Source of the DNA: Promethearchaeota archaeon
Lineage (GTDB): Archaea > Asgardarchaeota > Thorarchaeia > Thorarchaeales > Thorarchaeaceae
Assembly: GCA_048939905.1 (NCBI GenBank)
Contig: JBHLPB010000002.1
Location: forward strand, 1-34,320
DNA: 34,320 nucleotides
Reading direction: 5' to 3'
Shown: positions 1 to 9,039 of the stretch, piece after piece
Layout: each line of letters starts with the position of its first letter
How positions within the stretch are numbered: the first letter of the stretch is position 1
Position numbers and translations under genes: made by a program
The notes under the pieces: generated by a model
Database searches by the model: none
The model's input: only the letters and a program-made list of their open reading frames with translations
What the model was told of the DNA's origin: nothing

Positions 1-48
1 GCTATTTGTCGAACTGAAGCCAAATTCGCCCTCAAACAAGGGTCTACG

Positions 49-80
49 CCGTTCCTCTGAGATTCTCTTAAAAGGAACGG
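49..80 (+). terminator. Hairpin at the end of an ORF entering from the left edge (possible terminator)
   Basis: There is a perfect 8-bp inverted repeat, CCGTTCCT (49-56) and AGGAACGG (73-80), with a 16-nt loop. Frame 1 is open from position 1 to a TGA at 58-60, so the hairpin spans the stop of a possible upstream + strand gene. A T-rich 'gatttcttt' follows. This is structural evidence only. Confidence 0.2.
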
Positions 81-133
81 GTTCATCGATTTCTTTGACC
101 GCAAGGATTCTGGCAAGCTGGCGACCAAGCTGA

Positions 134-871
134 TTGACGGGAAGTGGTTCATTGCTTAGAATTACGTACTTTGGGAAGACCTCATTTGCACTTGAATCCA
201 AAGAAACCACAGTACTTCTCAATCCAGGTGAATGGGACGGCGAGCCCGTGGTGCCCGATGACTTCGACTGTAGAGTCATTATTGTCACTAATCACGAAGA
301 TGATGCCCTGGGAAATGCCGCCGAGATTGCTGTCAACTCAAAGGCGTGGGTACTCGGCAACGAAATCACAATCGAAAAGGCACGAGAACAAGGAGCCAAG
401 GCGTGGCTTCTGCATATTCTTCAGAATGAGGTGCCATACGAGATTCCTGGTCTGAAAGTCGTACCCTTTGCACTACAGAAGGGTAGTACTCGGACAGGAG
501 AAACCATTGAGAATCTTGGACTGCAAATCGACATTGGAACGATGAAGGTTTCATACCTCGGTGATACACGAGTCCGGGGACCGTTCGGCGATCTTGAAGT
601 GAATGTCATGATTGTGCCAGTCGGTGGCGAAGGCGTCTTCCAGGTGAAGGATGCTGTTAGTCTATGTATCGACGCACAACCACAGATCGGCATTCCAGTA
701 AGATGGACCGCCGAAGAACAGCCAGAGAAATTCGTCAGGTACATTGAGCAGTTCGGCATGGGAACAACCCCGTTCAGGATGGAGCCTGGGCAGACACTTG
801 ATGTCCAATGGGCTGCAGGTCACGAATTTCAACACAAAGTCGTAGATACTGCAGAGCCAGAACCAGAATAG
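134..871 (+). CDS. MBL-fold (UPF0173-like) protein with degenerate metal-binding motif
   Basis: The 245-aa ORF opens with TTG. 'LRITYFGKTSFALE..TVLLNPG' and 'RVIIVTNHEDDALGN' line up by eye with the beta-lactamase-fold blocks 'ITxLGHS..ILIDP' and 'THxHxDHxG'. The His ligands are replaced (NHEDDA). The family call is from motif recollection. Confidence 0.5.
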   Translation: MTGSGSLLRITYFGKTSFALESKETTVLLNPGEWDGEPVVPDDFDCRVIIVTNHEDDALGNAAEIAVNSKAWVLGNEITIEKAREQGAKAWLLHILQNEVPYEIPGLKVVPFALQKGSTRTGETIENLGLQIDIGTMKVSYLGDTRVRGPFGDLEVNVMIVPVGGEGVFQVKDAVSLCIDAQPQIGIPVRWTAEEQPEKFVRYIEQFGMGTTPFRMEPGQTLDVQWAAGHEFQHKVVDTAEPEPE

Positions 872-914
872 CCTTGCGGGAGGGTGAACAATCGAATAGG
901 TGGGTGAATCATAA

Positions 915-2714
915 TTGGCTGAGAATAGTGAACAAAAAACGGTCATAATAGACTTAGAGGAGTCCGAGAAGGCATTTGTCGGCGGACTCAGTAGGCTTGA
1001 GAGCGCCAAGGCCAGCGGCGTCCTGACCGTCAAGAATGTTTCAGAGAGATCCCGCATCTGGAACGTTCGAGTGCTCCTACCCAAAGGAACCAAAGGCACC
1101 AGTATCGGTGAGGAATCCATCTCTGCAGGGGAGATTGACGCGGGCGCCACATGGGAAACCGAGTATGATATTGAAATCAAGAAACCGATCGTGACTCTCA
1201 CTGAAACCTACGACACCTGTGGAACTGTTGATAGTGAGGAGTCACACTGGGCCTACGTCTACGGCAGAGAGAATCCAGTGAGAATAGAAATCAACCTCAA
1301 GAATGAAACAGATGGCGAGATTGACAACATCGTTCTGAACAAGACAATCCCGCCCGAACTCGAGATGCTGAGCATCGAACGTACGAGTTCAGGCATCGCT
1401 GAGATTGACGAGGGTACAAGGACAGTCATCTGGAAAGACTTCGTGATCTTCCCCAAAGAGGAAGCAAACATTCTCATCTCTGCCATAGGGACCGTCGAAG
1501 ATGGAAAAAACAAGGGCGGTGGAGAGATAGTGTTGACCTATCGTGCCGAAGGACAACAGAGGTCAACTCTCGACCCAGATATGACCGCTCTCTCTGAGTT
1601 CTTGACGGGAATAGAAACGGCTGAAACTGAGCCGAATCAGTGGGAGTGCACTTTGGAGTGTTCGAACGAGAGCGATCTGATGGTTCGACTCGACAAGGCC
1701 GAGGTCTATCTGACTCCGGAAGACGGCACTGACAAGCAGAAGATGATTGATGAGGCGCCCGGGCACGAGATGGCACCGGGTCAGGATTGGAGTTCTACTT
1801 TCGAGATAGAGAGTAAGTCTCCACCTAAATGCACGCAGGAAGTAGTCTATACGCCAATGAGGGTCGTAACAAAACGGGTTCTAGGAACAGTCGAGAAGAT
1901 ACCTCAGGATATCCCGGTAGTTCAGATTGACTACACAAAGGAGTTAGACCCCCCTGATGTGAACAGTTTCGACAAGACGCCTGTGGAGGTGTCCGTTGAG
2001 GTCAAGAACACGGGAACTGCGAAATTCAACTCATTGACAGTTGAGGACAGTCTTCCTGACGATGTGATGCCTCCAAAGCCAGAGCATGCCAAGGTCTGGG
2101 TGAGAGGCAAGGAGTACGACGGAGAACTTGAGATTACGGTGGATCCCGACGACCAGAATCCCGAAGTACCTCACAAGATCACCTTCAAGATAATGAACTT
2201 GAAGGACTCTGTAGGAGAGGTGGAGCCAGGCGACACCGTAAGTGTGAACTATGCCATAATGGCCTGGAAAAGCCGACCCGAGAAGGAGTATCCCTGCCCA
2301 ATACGCTGCCTTGCAGAAACATATCCAGCAGGACTTCCTTCCGAAGTCGCCAGTGCTGAAGATAGTCATAAGATTGGGATAATCTACAAGAAGAGGAGCA
2401 TCTCTGCAAAGAAGGCAATCAACAAGGGTGCCGAGGCGGGCGAATACATAGTTGTATTGGTTATCGAGAACAAGGGCGAGGTGACAGTTGAGAACGTCAG
2501 AGTGACCGACTGGATACCAACTGGTTTCGAGTACGTCTCCAGCGACCCAGAAGAAGAGTCACCCACTGCGAGTCCAACAGAGGACGGAACTAATCTGGTG
2601 TGGAACTGGACCAGAATGAACCCAGGTGATAAGAAAAGAATCAGCGTCACTGTCCAAGCTGGAGAAGACGCTGGAGAGTACGAACGGCGAGAACCCGAAA
2701 CAACATCGGACTAG
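915..2714 (+). CDS. Multi-domain beta-sandwich repeat protein (DUF11/CARDB-like), no signal peptide
   Basis: The 599-aa ORF has a TTG start at 915, with GGTGGGTGA (899-907) 7 nt upstream as a Shine-Dalgarno motif. Signatures of the form 'strand-NxG-strand-V-D-lP-G' recur: 'VRIEINLKNETDGEIDNIVLNKTIPPELE', 'VEVSVEVKNTGTAKFNSLTVEDSLPDDV' and 'YIVVLVIENKGEVTVENVRVTDWIPTGFEYVS'. The N-terminus 'MAENSEQKTVIIDLEESEK' is acidic, and I see no hydrophobic segment anywhere. Confidence 0.6.
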   Translation: MAENSEQKTVIIDLEESEKAFVGGLSRLESAKASGVLTVKNVSERSRIWNVRVLLPKGTKGTSIGEESISAGEIDAGATWETEYDIEIKKPIVTLTETYDTCGTVDSEESHWAYVYGRENPVRIEINLKNETDGEIDNIVLNKTIPPELEMLSIERTSSGIAEIDEGTRTVIWKDFVIFPKEEANILISAIGTVEDGKNKGGGEIVLTYRAEGQQRSTLDPDMTALSEFLTGIETAETEPNQWECTLECSNESDLMVRLDKAEVYLTPEDGTDKQKMIDEAPGHEMAPGQDWSSTFEIESKSPPKCTQEVVYTPMRVVTKRVLGTVEKIPQDIPVVQIDYTKELDPPDVNSFDKTPVEVSVEVKNTGTAKFNSLTVEDSLPDDVMPPKPEHAKVWVRGKEYDGELEITVDPDDQNPEVPHKITFKIMNLKDSVGEVEPGDTVSVNYAIMAWKSRPEKEYPCPIRCLAETYPAGLPSEVASAEDSHKIGIIYKKRSISAKKAINKGAEAGEYIVVLVIENKGEVTVENVRVTDWIPTGFEYVSSDPEEESPTASPTEDGTNLVWNWTRMNPGDKKRISVTVQAGEDAGEYERREPETTSD

Positions 2715-2733
2715 GATTCACCCCACCCTCGCC

Positions 2734-2763
2734 CTAGGCAGGGGGAATCTTCTCCTTGCCTAG
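2734..2763. terminator. Hairpin between convergent genes
   Basis: CTAGGCA (2734-2740) and TGCCTAG (2757-2763) form a perfect inverted repeat, extendable to 9 bp with one bulged T. It lies in the 106-nt gap between the + gene ending at 2714 and the - gene ending at 2821. Confidence 0.3.
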
Positions 2764-2820
2764 TTGTTCCCACTCACCCAACCAATTAGTGGCAGTATGT
2801 GCTGATCCTAATCTGTCATA

Positions 2821-3912
2821 CTACCGTTTGACGGAGTGCACCAAGAGAGCGAAGTCCTCATGTTCCAAAGTGTGACTCCATAGGTGTCTGCAAGCACAGT
2901 CCAATGAATCGAAGACTCCGGTCTTCTGATCTAGAGAGAAGTTTCGTATTGCCATTGTGATGGACTCATCACATCGACCACAATTATGTACGCCGCGTTT
3001 CTTTCCGGCTGCAACGGGATCACTCACGATGGTGATAGAGGAATCAACCTGTACCCGTGCTTGACTCAGAACTTCGACAAGTGTCCAAAGCCAAGGTGGC
3101 CTGTATAGGCCTCTGGTCCAGAGTCTTTCAACCAGCGTATGCTTCTGTACGTTCACGGGGTTTATTGAGATAGTCGTTGCCCCCATCTTCGCCGCATCTT
3201 CAATTGTGTGGACAGAGTCCAACAGTGCGTCACGCTCGGTAAGAAAAGGAGGCTTCAGAAGCACATATGCCCTAATGCCAATCTTGTGTCCCTTGGCGGT
3301 CCTTACTGCGTCCGCAAAGTCCTCGATTTCAAAACCTTTGTTTATGCAGAGAGTTCGGACAGGGTCACTGCTGCTCTCAAGACCGATGCCAATCTCCACA
3401 TGAGGACCATCCAATAGGTCGTGGATAGCTCCCATACTGTCTTCAGTGACATACTGTGGGCGAGACTCCAGTACAACCTCCTTTACTCTTTCATCCTCGT
3501 TAATCAGACCTAGAATGTTATTGCGCGCGTCAATTGGCACCTCATCTTCGTCAAGGAAGCTACCACTCGTGTATACCTTGATTGAGAGTGGTCCTTTCTC
3601 CGATGACGCGCTCTCTATCGCGCGTCCGAATTGCTGCAGAATCTTGTCGCTAGGAACTGCTTCATGCGACCCATCCAATAGATAACTGCACATAGTGCAG
3701 CCTCCACTTTCTCCACGTGCATGGCTGCATCCAGAGGTTGCTAATACGATAGAGAGTGCACTTCCAACAGTGTTGCCAATCCGGCTCTTGGATACCCATG
3801 CAGCTACAGGTCTTGATAAATCACGTCGTCGTATCCGAGTCAGAGAAGAACCTCTTGCTCTCATGTTGGCCTCTTGAATCACAGGCAACAATGTTGCTGG
3901 AATATGAGACAT
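2821..3912 (-). CDS. Radical SAM enzyme for archaeosine formation (RaSEA, TIGR01210-like)
   Basis: The 363-aa ORF carries the Cys triad 'SGCSHARGESGGCTMCSY' near the N-terminus, followed by a TIM-barrel-like radical-SAM body. Its ATG (3910-3912) directly abuts the arcS stop codon (3913-3915). The assignment rests on this motif plus the known arcS-RaSEA gene linkage. Confidence 0.7.
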   Translation of the reverse strand: MSHIPATLLPVIQEANMRARGSSLTRIRRRDLSRPVAAWVSKSRIGNTVGSALSIVLATSGCSHARGESGGCTMCSYLLDGSHEAVPSDKILQQFGRAIESASSEKGPLSIKVYTSGSFLDEDEVPIDARNNILGLINEDERVKEVVLESRPQYVTEDSMGAIHDLLDGPHVEIGIGLESSSDPVRTLCINKGFEIEDFADAVRTAKGHKIGIRAYVLLKPPFLTERDALLDSVHTIEDAAKMGATTISINPVNVQKHTLVERLWTRGLYRPPWLWTLVEVLSQARVQVDSSITIVSDPVAAGKKRGVHNCGRCDESITMAIRNFSLDQKTGVFDSLDCACRHLWSHTLEHEDFALLVHSVKR

Positions 3913-5856
3913 CTATTCCCCACGCTCCCTCTTATGTCGCAGAGTTACCGCCCTCCCTTTTGCAAGCTCGCACATCTCGAGGCCTGACATCTCACTCCTG
4001 CCCACTGCCGCCACTTTGCCATCAGGTTCGAGTATAATCACCTCATCCCCAGGGCGTATCGCAGGGTCGGCCTCGCGGACTCCAACTGCGAAGATGGAAC
4101 CGCCCTTGATTTCATGGCCCTCAAACTTGACCCAGCTGTTATTCAGCGGTGCCAGACGGCGTCCGCCCCGCAATGTTAGGGACAAAGTGCCGGCCTCTGA
4201 CACAAAGGCGCAGACTTGTTCTCCGTCTAACTTGCATGTGACTGTATGATAGAGCTTGCCGCGCAGCCTTGCCTCGTCGGGGATTAGGACGTCGCCACTC
4301 CCGTTCCCGAATTGGTAGTCTGATGTTGCACGAAGAGTATCCCGAAGTTCTGTCTGCTTCCTACCCTCTATGCTCAGTATCTCCTTCATATCATGAAGTG
4401 TGTCCCCAAGAGCTGTAAGAGAGTCTTTGCTTGTGGCCGAATGATCTGGAGTAGTGTAGACAATACTCTGGCCTATCTCCTTCTCAGCATTCTGCACAAC
4501 GTCCAGATACCCTCCAGACACATGCGCCACAACAATTGCAGAATCCTCGAACTTCCGAAGATGCGCCACTAGTGCATCGACTGCGATGTCGGTTTCTTCG
4601 GCACCCCAATCGCCAGTGACAGGGATGTCATATTGAGCTGCAGGATGCATTCTCTCCAGCTCCCTAGGTACCAGACCGAGGGGGGATGTCAGTATTGTTT
4701 CAGCAACTGAGAAACGTAACCCTCCAAGTGAGGCTTCAAGCACTTCTGAGAACCGCTTATGCGACTTGGAGTCGGAGTATGGCTTCCTAGCAGAACACGG
4801 CAGGAGTAGTACAATCCTCTTGTGCTCTGGTGGTGTGTAGCGTGCAGCAACCCGCTCTCTGAAACGTCTGACAGCAGGAGAGTTGTATGATTCGGGGCCA
4901 ATAAGTGGAATGAACTTGGAGCCTACTGTAGGAGTGAACTCCTCCAGATGAGCGTACAGCTCGTCGTCAATTCTCCTAAGCAAACCACCCATTGGTGGAC
5001 TAGCATGGGTCATGGACTCAACGAGCCATCGCAATCTCCCAGCCTTCATGGCCTGAGTGCTCTCTGAGAGCAACATCTCATAGATTGCAAGATTGTGTTT
5101 GCTGAATATCTCCGTAAGCCGACTTTCAGATTCTACAGTTGAATCAGATAGTGAAGCGCAAGCAGGGCAGGAGCAGAAGCGCAGATGCTTCGATTCTCCT
5201 ACTCTCTCGGAATCCATCCGCCAGAGCCTTGTCCCACTTGCTGCAGCTTCTAATGCGTGCCCCACATCCAGAACATCGAATCCTAGGTAGTAGAGGATTG
5301 GGACCATCCAAGGCAATACCCTCCCAATTGCGAACGTCAACCAATTGCGGGGCGTACTGCCTCTCAGAAGAAGAGAATTGTAGTCGGCAGGCCCAAGGCT
5401 GCCGTCAAATCGAAAGGCCGCTGCCATGACTCCGCTTTGCTTAAGTCTTCTGAAGTCCTCCTTAGCAGTTTCCGAATCCAACGATGATGGGATTCTGAAA
5501 ATCATCCGAGAGAGTGCGATCTCCCCTCCGGTTCTCTCAAGTGTTTCAATTTGGTGGTCAAGCAACCGCCTTGCAGCCTCTGAGCCAAGGAAGTTTCCAG
5601 CAATCATGGAAGGGAGGAGTAGCATGTCTGTGGGACGGGGTACTCGGATGTCTTTCTCGGTGGTGAAGGGCCAAGAGAAGACGACGGGGGTGCCGGTGGA
5701 CGTTTCTTCGCGTCCAAGAGTGGAATAGTGTAGAGGGAGTCTGCTAGCATGCATTGGACCTATCAACGCAGGAATGTCGACAATATACTCTCCCGCCTCA
5801 AGAGTTCCAACTCTTGCAGGGCCATCGTGACCTCGACCAATCATGAATTCACTCAA
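3913..5856 (-). CDS. arcS: Archaeosine synthase alpha subunit ArcS (TGT-like N-domain, DUF5591, C-terminal PUA)
   Basis: The 647-aa ORF contains the central block 'LLLPCSARKPYSDSKSHKRF', typical of the ArcS/DUF5591 domain. The C-terminal 'GGSIFAVGVREADPAIRPGDEVIILEPDGKVAAVGRSEMSG' reads as a PUA domain. Confidence 0.8.
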   Translation of the reverse strand: MSEFMIGRGHDGPARVGTLEAGEYIVDIPALIGPMHASRLPLHYSTLGREETSTGTPVVFSWPFTTEKDIRVPRPTDMLLLPSMIAGNFLGSEAARRLLDHQIETLERTGGEIALSRMIFRIPSSLDSETAKEDFRRLKQSGVMAAAFRFDGSLGPADYNSLLLRGSTPRNWLTFAIGRVLPWMVPILYYLGFDVLDVGHALEAAASGTRLWRMDSERVGESKHLRFCSCPACASLSDSTVESESRLTEIFSKHNLAIYEMLLSESTQAMKAGRLRWLVESMTHASPPMGGLLRRIDDELYAHLEEFTPTVGSKFIPLIGPESYNSPAVRRFRERVAARYTPPEHKRIVLLLPCSARKPYSDSKSHKRFSEVLEASLGGLRFSVAETILTSPLGLVPRELERMHPAAQYDIPVTGDWGAEETDIAVDALVAHLRKFEDSAIVVAHVSGGYLDVVQNAEKEIGQSIVYTTPDHSATSKDSLTALGDTLHDMKEILSIEGRKQTELRDTLRATSDYQFGNGSGDVLIPDEARLRGKLYHTVTCKLDGEQVCAFVSEAGTLSLTLRGGRRLAPLNNSWVKFEGHEIKGGSIFAVGVREADPAIRPGDEVIILEPDGKVAAVGRSEMSGLEMCELAKGRAVTLRHKRERGE

Positions 5857-5874
5857 GCAGAGTCACCCTCTCAT

Positions 5875-8541
5875 CTACACCAGCGGTTCGTATCCAACAT
5901 ACCCTTTCGTGTCTACGTCCGTTTCAACCTTCCCCAGAATCTGCCTTACACTGTCAAGCGCGCCCAACTTGAATAGAGGCCGATTGTTGTTCCCGCACTG
6001 ATATGAGTAGGTGCAGAGAGGGCAACCATCGATTGTGTCACAGTCACACTTAGCAAGTATTGTTTCCGTTCTCCTGAAAGCTTCGTCAAGCTTGGTGAAG
6101 AGAAGTTTCGATGCACCGTTCCCACCTGGACTACCATCATACACGAAGATGATGCCCGAGTCACCCATGGACACTCCGCCTATCTCTCTCGTGCTCCCCC
6201 CAGTCAGCATATCACTTGATTCGATTACAACATGTTCCAGGGCATGAAATGCTCCTCCATAGAGTTCAGCAGGACTCATCTGCGGATGCGGTGGGGCTGT
6301 CACGTTCCCATCAATGTACTTGTTGATAGTCTTCGTGGGCTCAGGGGCGGTGAATGCAAATCCTCGAGTCATGTATTTATAGTCAAGCGGAGTCGACAGA
6401 GAGGATTTCCCTATAATCCTACCAGACCTCGTTTCTTTCTTCACGAAGCCATAAACAGTCTGAGTCATTTCAAGCTTGCAGTAGACGGCATTCAAGCCCA
6501 GGATCCTACGTGTGTCAGTCACTTCGACTATGTGGGGCATAGTAGAGTAGAGTGGCCGAGTATGGACGCTGCGGTCCTGAAACGGCACCACAGTAGCCCT
6601 GCCAAAGCCCGGTCTGTAGCGGTAATCAACAGACAAGTAGTTGCGACCGCCGTGAAGGTATATTGCTCCAGGATGCAATTCCTGAGCGGCCATTGGCATA
6701 GTCCTCTCACCGATGGTCTTCTCTCCCGACCGTATCTGGACTGTATCACCAATCCCACGAATGCTGTAGCCCCTCCACTTCTTCCGTGCTAGATTTGAAT
6801 CAACGACGCGAACGTTGCCATCCTTCAGGACTCTGAGTATACCATCCTCGACGAGAGTGTCTAGAATGCTACGTTGCCTTGGAAACGTGTCGACCTTGAG
6901 TCTTCCACTCATTGCTGCAGCGATAAGCTGGTAGTAACCTACAACCTCGTTCTCAGGCTCCATGTACGCAGCATCAATGTCAGAGAAGTACTTCTCAGGC
7001 TCATGACGGTAGAATGAGGATATGGGGTCATTGTCACGAAGCGCGAGAATGGCAACACTCTCTTGCCCCTTCCTTCCTGCGCGACCAATTCGTTGAGTTA
7101 GACGTGTGATTGACACTATCATGCTCACAACACTGTCTAGGTCGCCAATATCGATACCCAGTTCAAGCGTTGGAGTTGAAACGAGAACTTGGAGCTCGTC
7201 GGATTTGAACTGCGATTCTACTTGGCTTCTGTACGTCTTCGAAAGTCCGGCACGATGCACCATCGACTTCACGCCGGTGTCCCGAATTAGCATGTTGAGG
7301 ACTTCGGCCTCAGAATGAGTGTTCCCGAAGACGAGCGTCTTGAATCGCCCTTCACGAAGCCTCCCGACAAGGTCAACAATCATACTATACTTGCTTCGAT
7401 CACCTGGATAGAACATCATGAAGTGGATCGGTCCTCTCTTCGCACTCTCTGACTCTACAAGGTGCACCTCGTTGTCAAACAGTTGATCAGCAAACTCCTT
7501 CGGGTTGGCGATGGTGGCGGATGCACCAATCTTCTGAAACGCCCCGGACTCCATCTCAAGTCGCTTCATAATGTAGTAGACGTTGGAGCCCATCGACCCT
7601 GTATAGAGGTGAATCTCATCCAACACCACATACTTCACTGTCCGGAGAAGAGGTACTAGACGAGACTGGGACCAGCCTAGATGGTAGTGGAGCACGTCTG
7701 GATTGGTCACCAAGATATCTGGAGGTCTCAGGTAGATCTTGTTTCTCTGACTCTGCGAAACATCTCCGTCAAAGATAGCCGCGTTCAGACCGGAAGCCTT
7801 GCACATCTCCACGATTTTGTCATATTGATCGCGGGCCAGAGCTTTGGTGGGGTATATTAGCAGGGCACGTACACCTTGTTCTGTGAAAGCCTCCTGAACA
7901 GTCACAAGCAGCTTTCTGATCATGGGGAGTACGAAGGCTTCTGTCTTTCCTTGAGCCGTGGGTGCGGAGATTACTATGTCATTTCCATTGAAGATCAGGT
8001 CGTCAGATTCATCCTGAAACTGGTAGAGTCTGACAATCCCCTTTGCGACAAGGAGCTCCTTGAGACGTTTGGGGATTTTCACCTCGTCGATTGTTCTTCC
8101 GTATTCTGCGTCTGTGGAAGGCATGTATCGATATGTGACCAGATAGTCCTGACCGCCTTCAAGAAGTGTTCGCACCTGTTTGTTGAGGTTGTCTAAGGGC
8201 ATCCCACCTCGGGCTGCCAGCTCAGAGATCTGTTCACTAGATTGGACTCTCGACTTCCGCGAGCGCCTCCTTCTAGTTGGATCGTCTGCAGGCGAGAGCG
8301 TTTCCGACTGGGGAGTTCTATGCCGCTTTGTACCGGAAGCTGAAGGCACTTGGTCCTTCTGGATGGCCTCGCTAAATGCCTCATAAGCATCAAACAAGTC
8401 CTTGTTTCTCCCGTCGACGAGCAACTCTGCGTCACAAGAAGAGCACATTACCGTCCATATATGGCCCCCTTTCTTGATGTAGAGTCTTGAGCCGCATTTT
8501 GGACAGTGAAGCACAGGCACAGTTGATACACTTCCTGCCAC
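5875..8541 (-). CDS. DEXH-box helicase with C-terminal DUF1998 (MrfA/YprA-like Zn-binding) domain and N-terminal zinc ribbon
   Basis: The 888-aa ORF has a GTG start. Helicase motifs are 'APTAQGKTEAF' (I), 'VLDEIHLY' (II), 'SATIANP' (III) and 'QRIGRAGRKG' (VI). The C-terminus 'CDCDTIDGCPLCTYSYQCGNNNRPL' is a DUF1998 four-Cys signature. The N-terminus 'CPKCGSRL..MCSSCDAEL' is a four-Cys ribbon followed by the basic 'DPTRRRRSRKSR'. Confidence 0.85.
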   Translation of the reverse strand: MAGSVSTVPVLHCPKCGSRLYIKKGGHIWTVMCSSCDAELLVDGRNKDLFDAYEAFSEAIQKDQVPSASGTKRHRTPQSETLSPADDPTRRRRSRKSRVQSSEQISELAARGGMPLDNLNKQVRTLLEGGQDYLVTYRYMPSTDAEYGRTIDEVKIPKRLKELLVAKGIVRLYQFQDESDDLIFNGNDIVISAPTAQGKTEAFVLPMIRKLLVTVQEAFTEQGVRALLIYPTKALARDQYDKIVEMCKASGLNAAIFDGDVSQSQRNKIYLRPPDILVTNPDVLHYHLGWSQSRLVPLLRTVKYVVLDEIHLYTGSMGSNVYYIMKRLEMESGAFQKIGASATIANPKEFADQLFDNEVHLVESESAKRGPIHFMMFYPGDRSKYSMIVDLVGRLREGRFKTLVFGNTHSEAEVLNMLIRDTGVKSMVHRAGLSKTYRSQVESQFKSDELQVLVSTPTLELGIDIGDLDSVVSMIVSITRLTQRIGRAGRKGQESVAILALRDNDPISSFYRHEPEKYFSDIDAAYMEPENEVVGYYQLIAAAMSGRLKVDTFPRQRSILDTLVEDGILRVLKDGNVRVVDSNLARKKWRGYSIRGIGDTVQIRSGEKTIGERTMPMAAQELHPGAIYLHGGRNYLSVDYRYRPGFGRATVVPFQDRSVHTRPLYSTMPHIVEVTDTRRILGLNAVYCKLEMTQTVYGFVKKETRSGRIIGKSSLSTPLDYKYMTRGFAFTAPEPTKTINKYIDGNVTAPPHPQMSPAELYGGAFHALEHVVIESSDMLTGGSTREIGGVSMGDSGIIFVYDGSPGGNGASKLLFTKLDEAFRRTETILAKCDCDTIDGCPLCTYSYQCGNNNRPLFKLGALDSVRQILGKVETDVDTKGYVGYEPLV

Positions 8542-8670
8542 CTCTCTTGGGTCAACTTATCAAAGTTTGGCAGAAGCTATTCCGAGAGCGACTGCGCAAG
8601 CACAATCTTTTTAACGATTGTGCAGAGAGCATGCACAGCCGCTCTCATTCGCAAGGGAGATGACAGTTAC

Positions 8671-9027
8671 ATGGTTGAAGAGATTAATGCAAATGAAATA
8701 GACAAGATTGTAAGGGAGAACAAGATTGTGTTTATAGATTGCCATGCAGTCTGGTGTGGGCCATGCAGGACACTTTCACCGATTCTTGAAGAACTGGACG
8801 ATAAGTATGGTGAAAAGGGCTTCAAGGTTGTGAAGTTAGATGTGGATCAGAACAGGGAGTTCAGCATGGAGAACAGAATCACTGGAGTCCCAAGCGTCCT
8901 TGTGTTCAGCGATGGGCAGCGTGTAGTGTTCGACGATGGTCGTGGTAGCAAGTCAGACAGACTGATTGGTGTCATGCCTCCAGAAGTCTACACCCAGATC
9001 ATTGAAGACCTTCTCGCAGTGGCTTAA
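8671..9027 (+). CDS. trxA: Thioredoxin (WCGPC active site)
   Basis: 'CHAVWCGPCRTLSPILEEL' is a canonical Trx motif. The ORF is open from a GTG at 8620. A TATA-like 'ctttttaa' (about 8606-8613) sits too close to that GTG, and 'AAGGGAGA' precedes the ATG at 8671, so I prefer 8671. Confidence 0.85.
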   Translation: MVEEINANEIDKIVRENKIVFIDCHAVWCGPCRTLSPILEELDDKYGEKGFKVVKLDVDQNREFSMENRITGVPSVLVFSDGQRVVFDDGRGSKSDRLIGVMPPEVYTQIIEDLLAVA

Positions 9028-9039
9028 TCAGCCATGGCT

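Noticed and set aside
662-1201. 179-aa minus-strand ORF spanning the 871/915 intergenic region
   Set aside because: It overlaps two better-supported plus-strand genes, and its translation has no recognisable motifs. It is most likely a shadow ORF.
5875-8541. Helicase+DUF1998 as part of a DISARM-like defence system
   Set aside because: The window has no adjacent methyltransferase, PLD nuclease or other DISARM components. The domains are fused as in MrfA/YprA, and the flanking genes are housekeeping (arcS, thioredoxin).
8620-8670. Upstream alternative starts extending several ORFs (8620 for trx, 9549 for LbH, 25965-26069 for OsmC, 26048 for ADH, 16481-16516 for the acidic protein)
   Set aside because: In each case the extension adds residues not typical of the family. 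It also overlaps a TATA-like box or the divergent neighbour's upstream region, and a downstream ATG has a better Shine-Dalgarno context.
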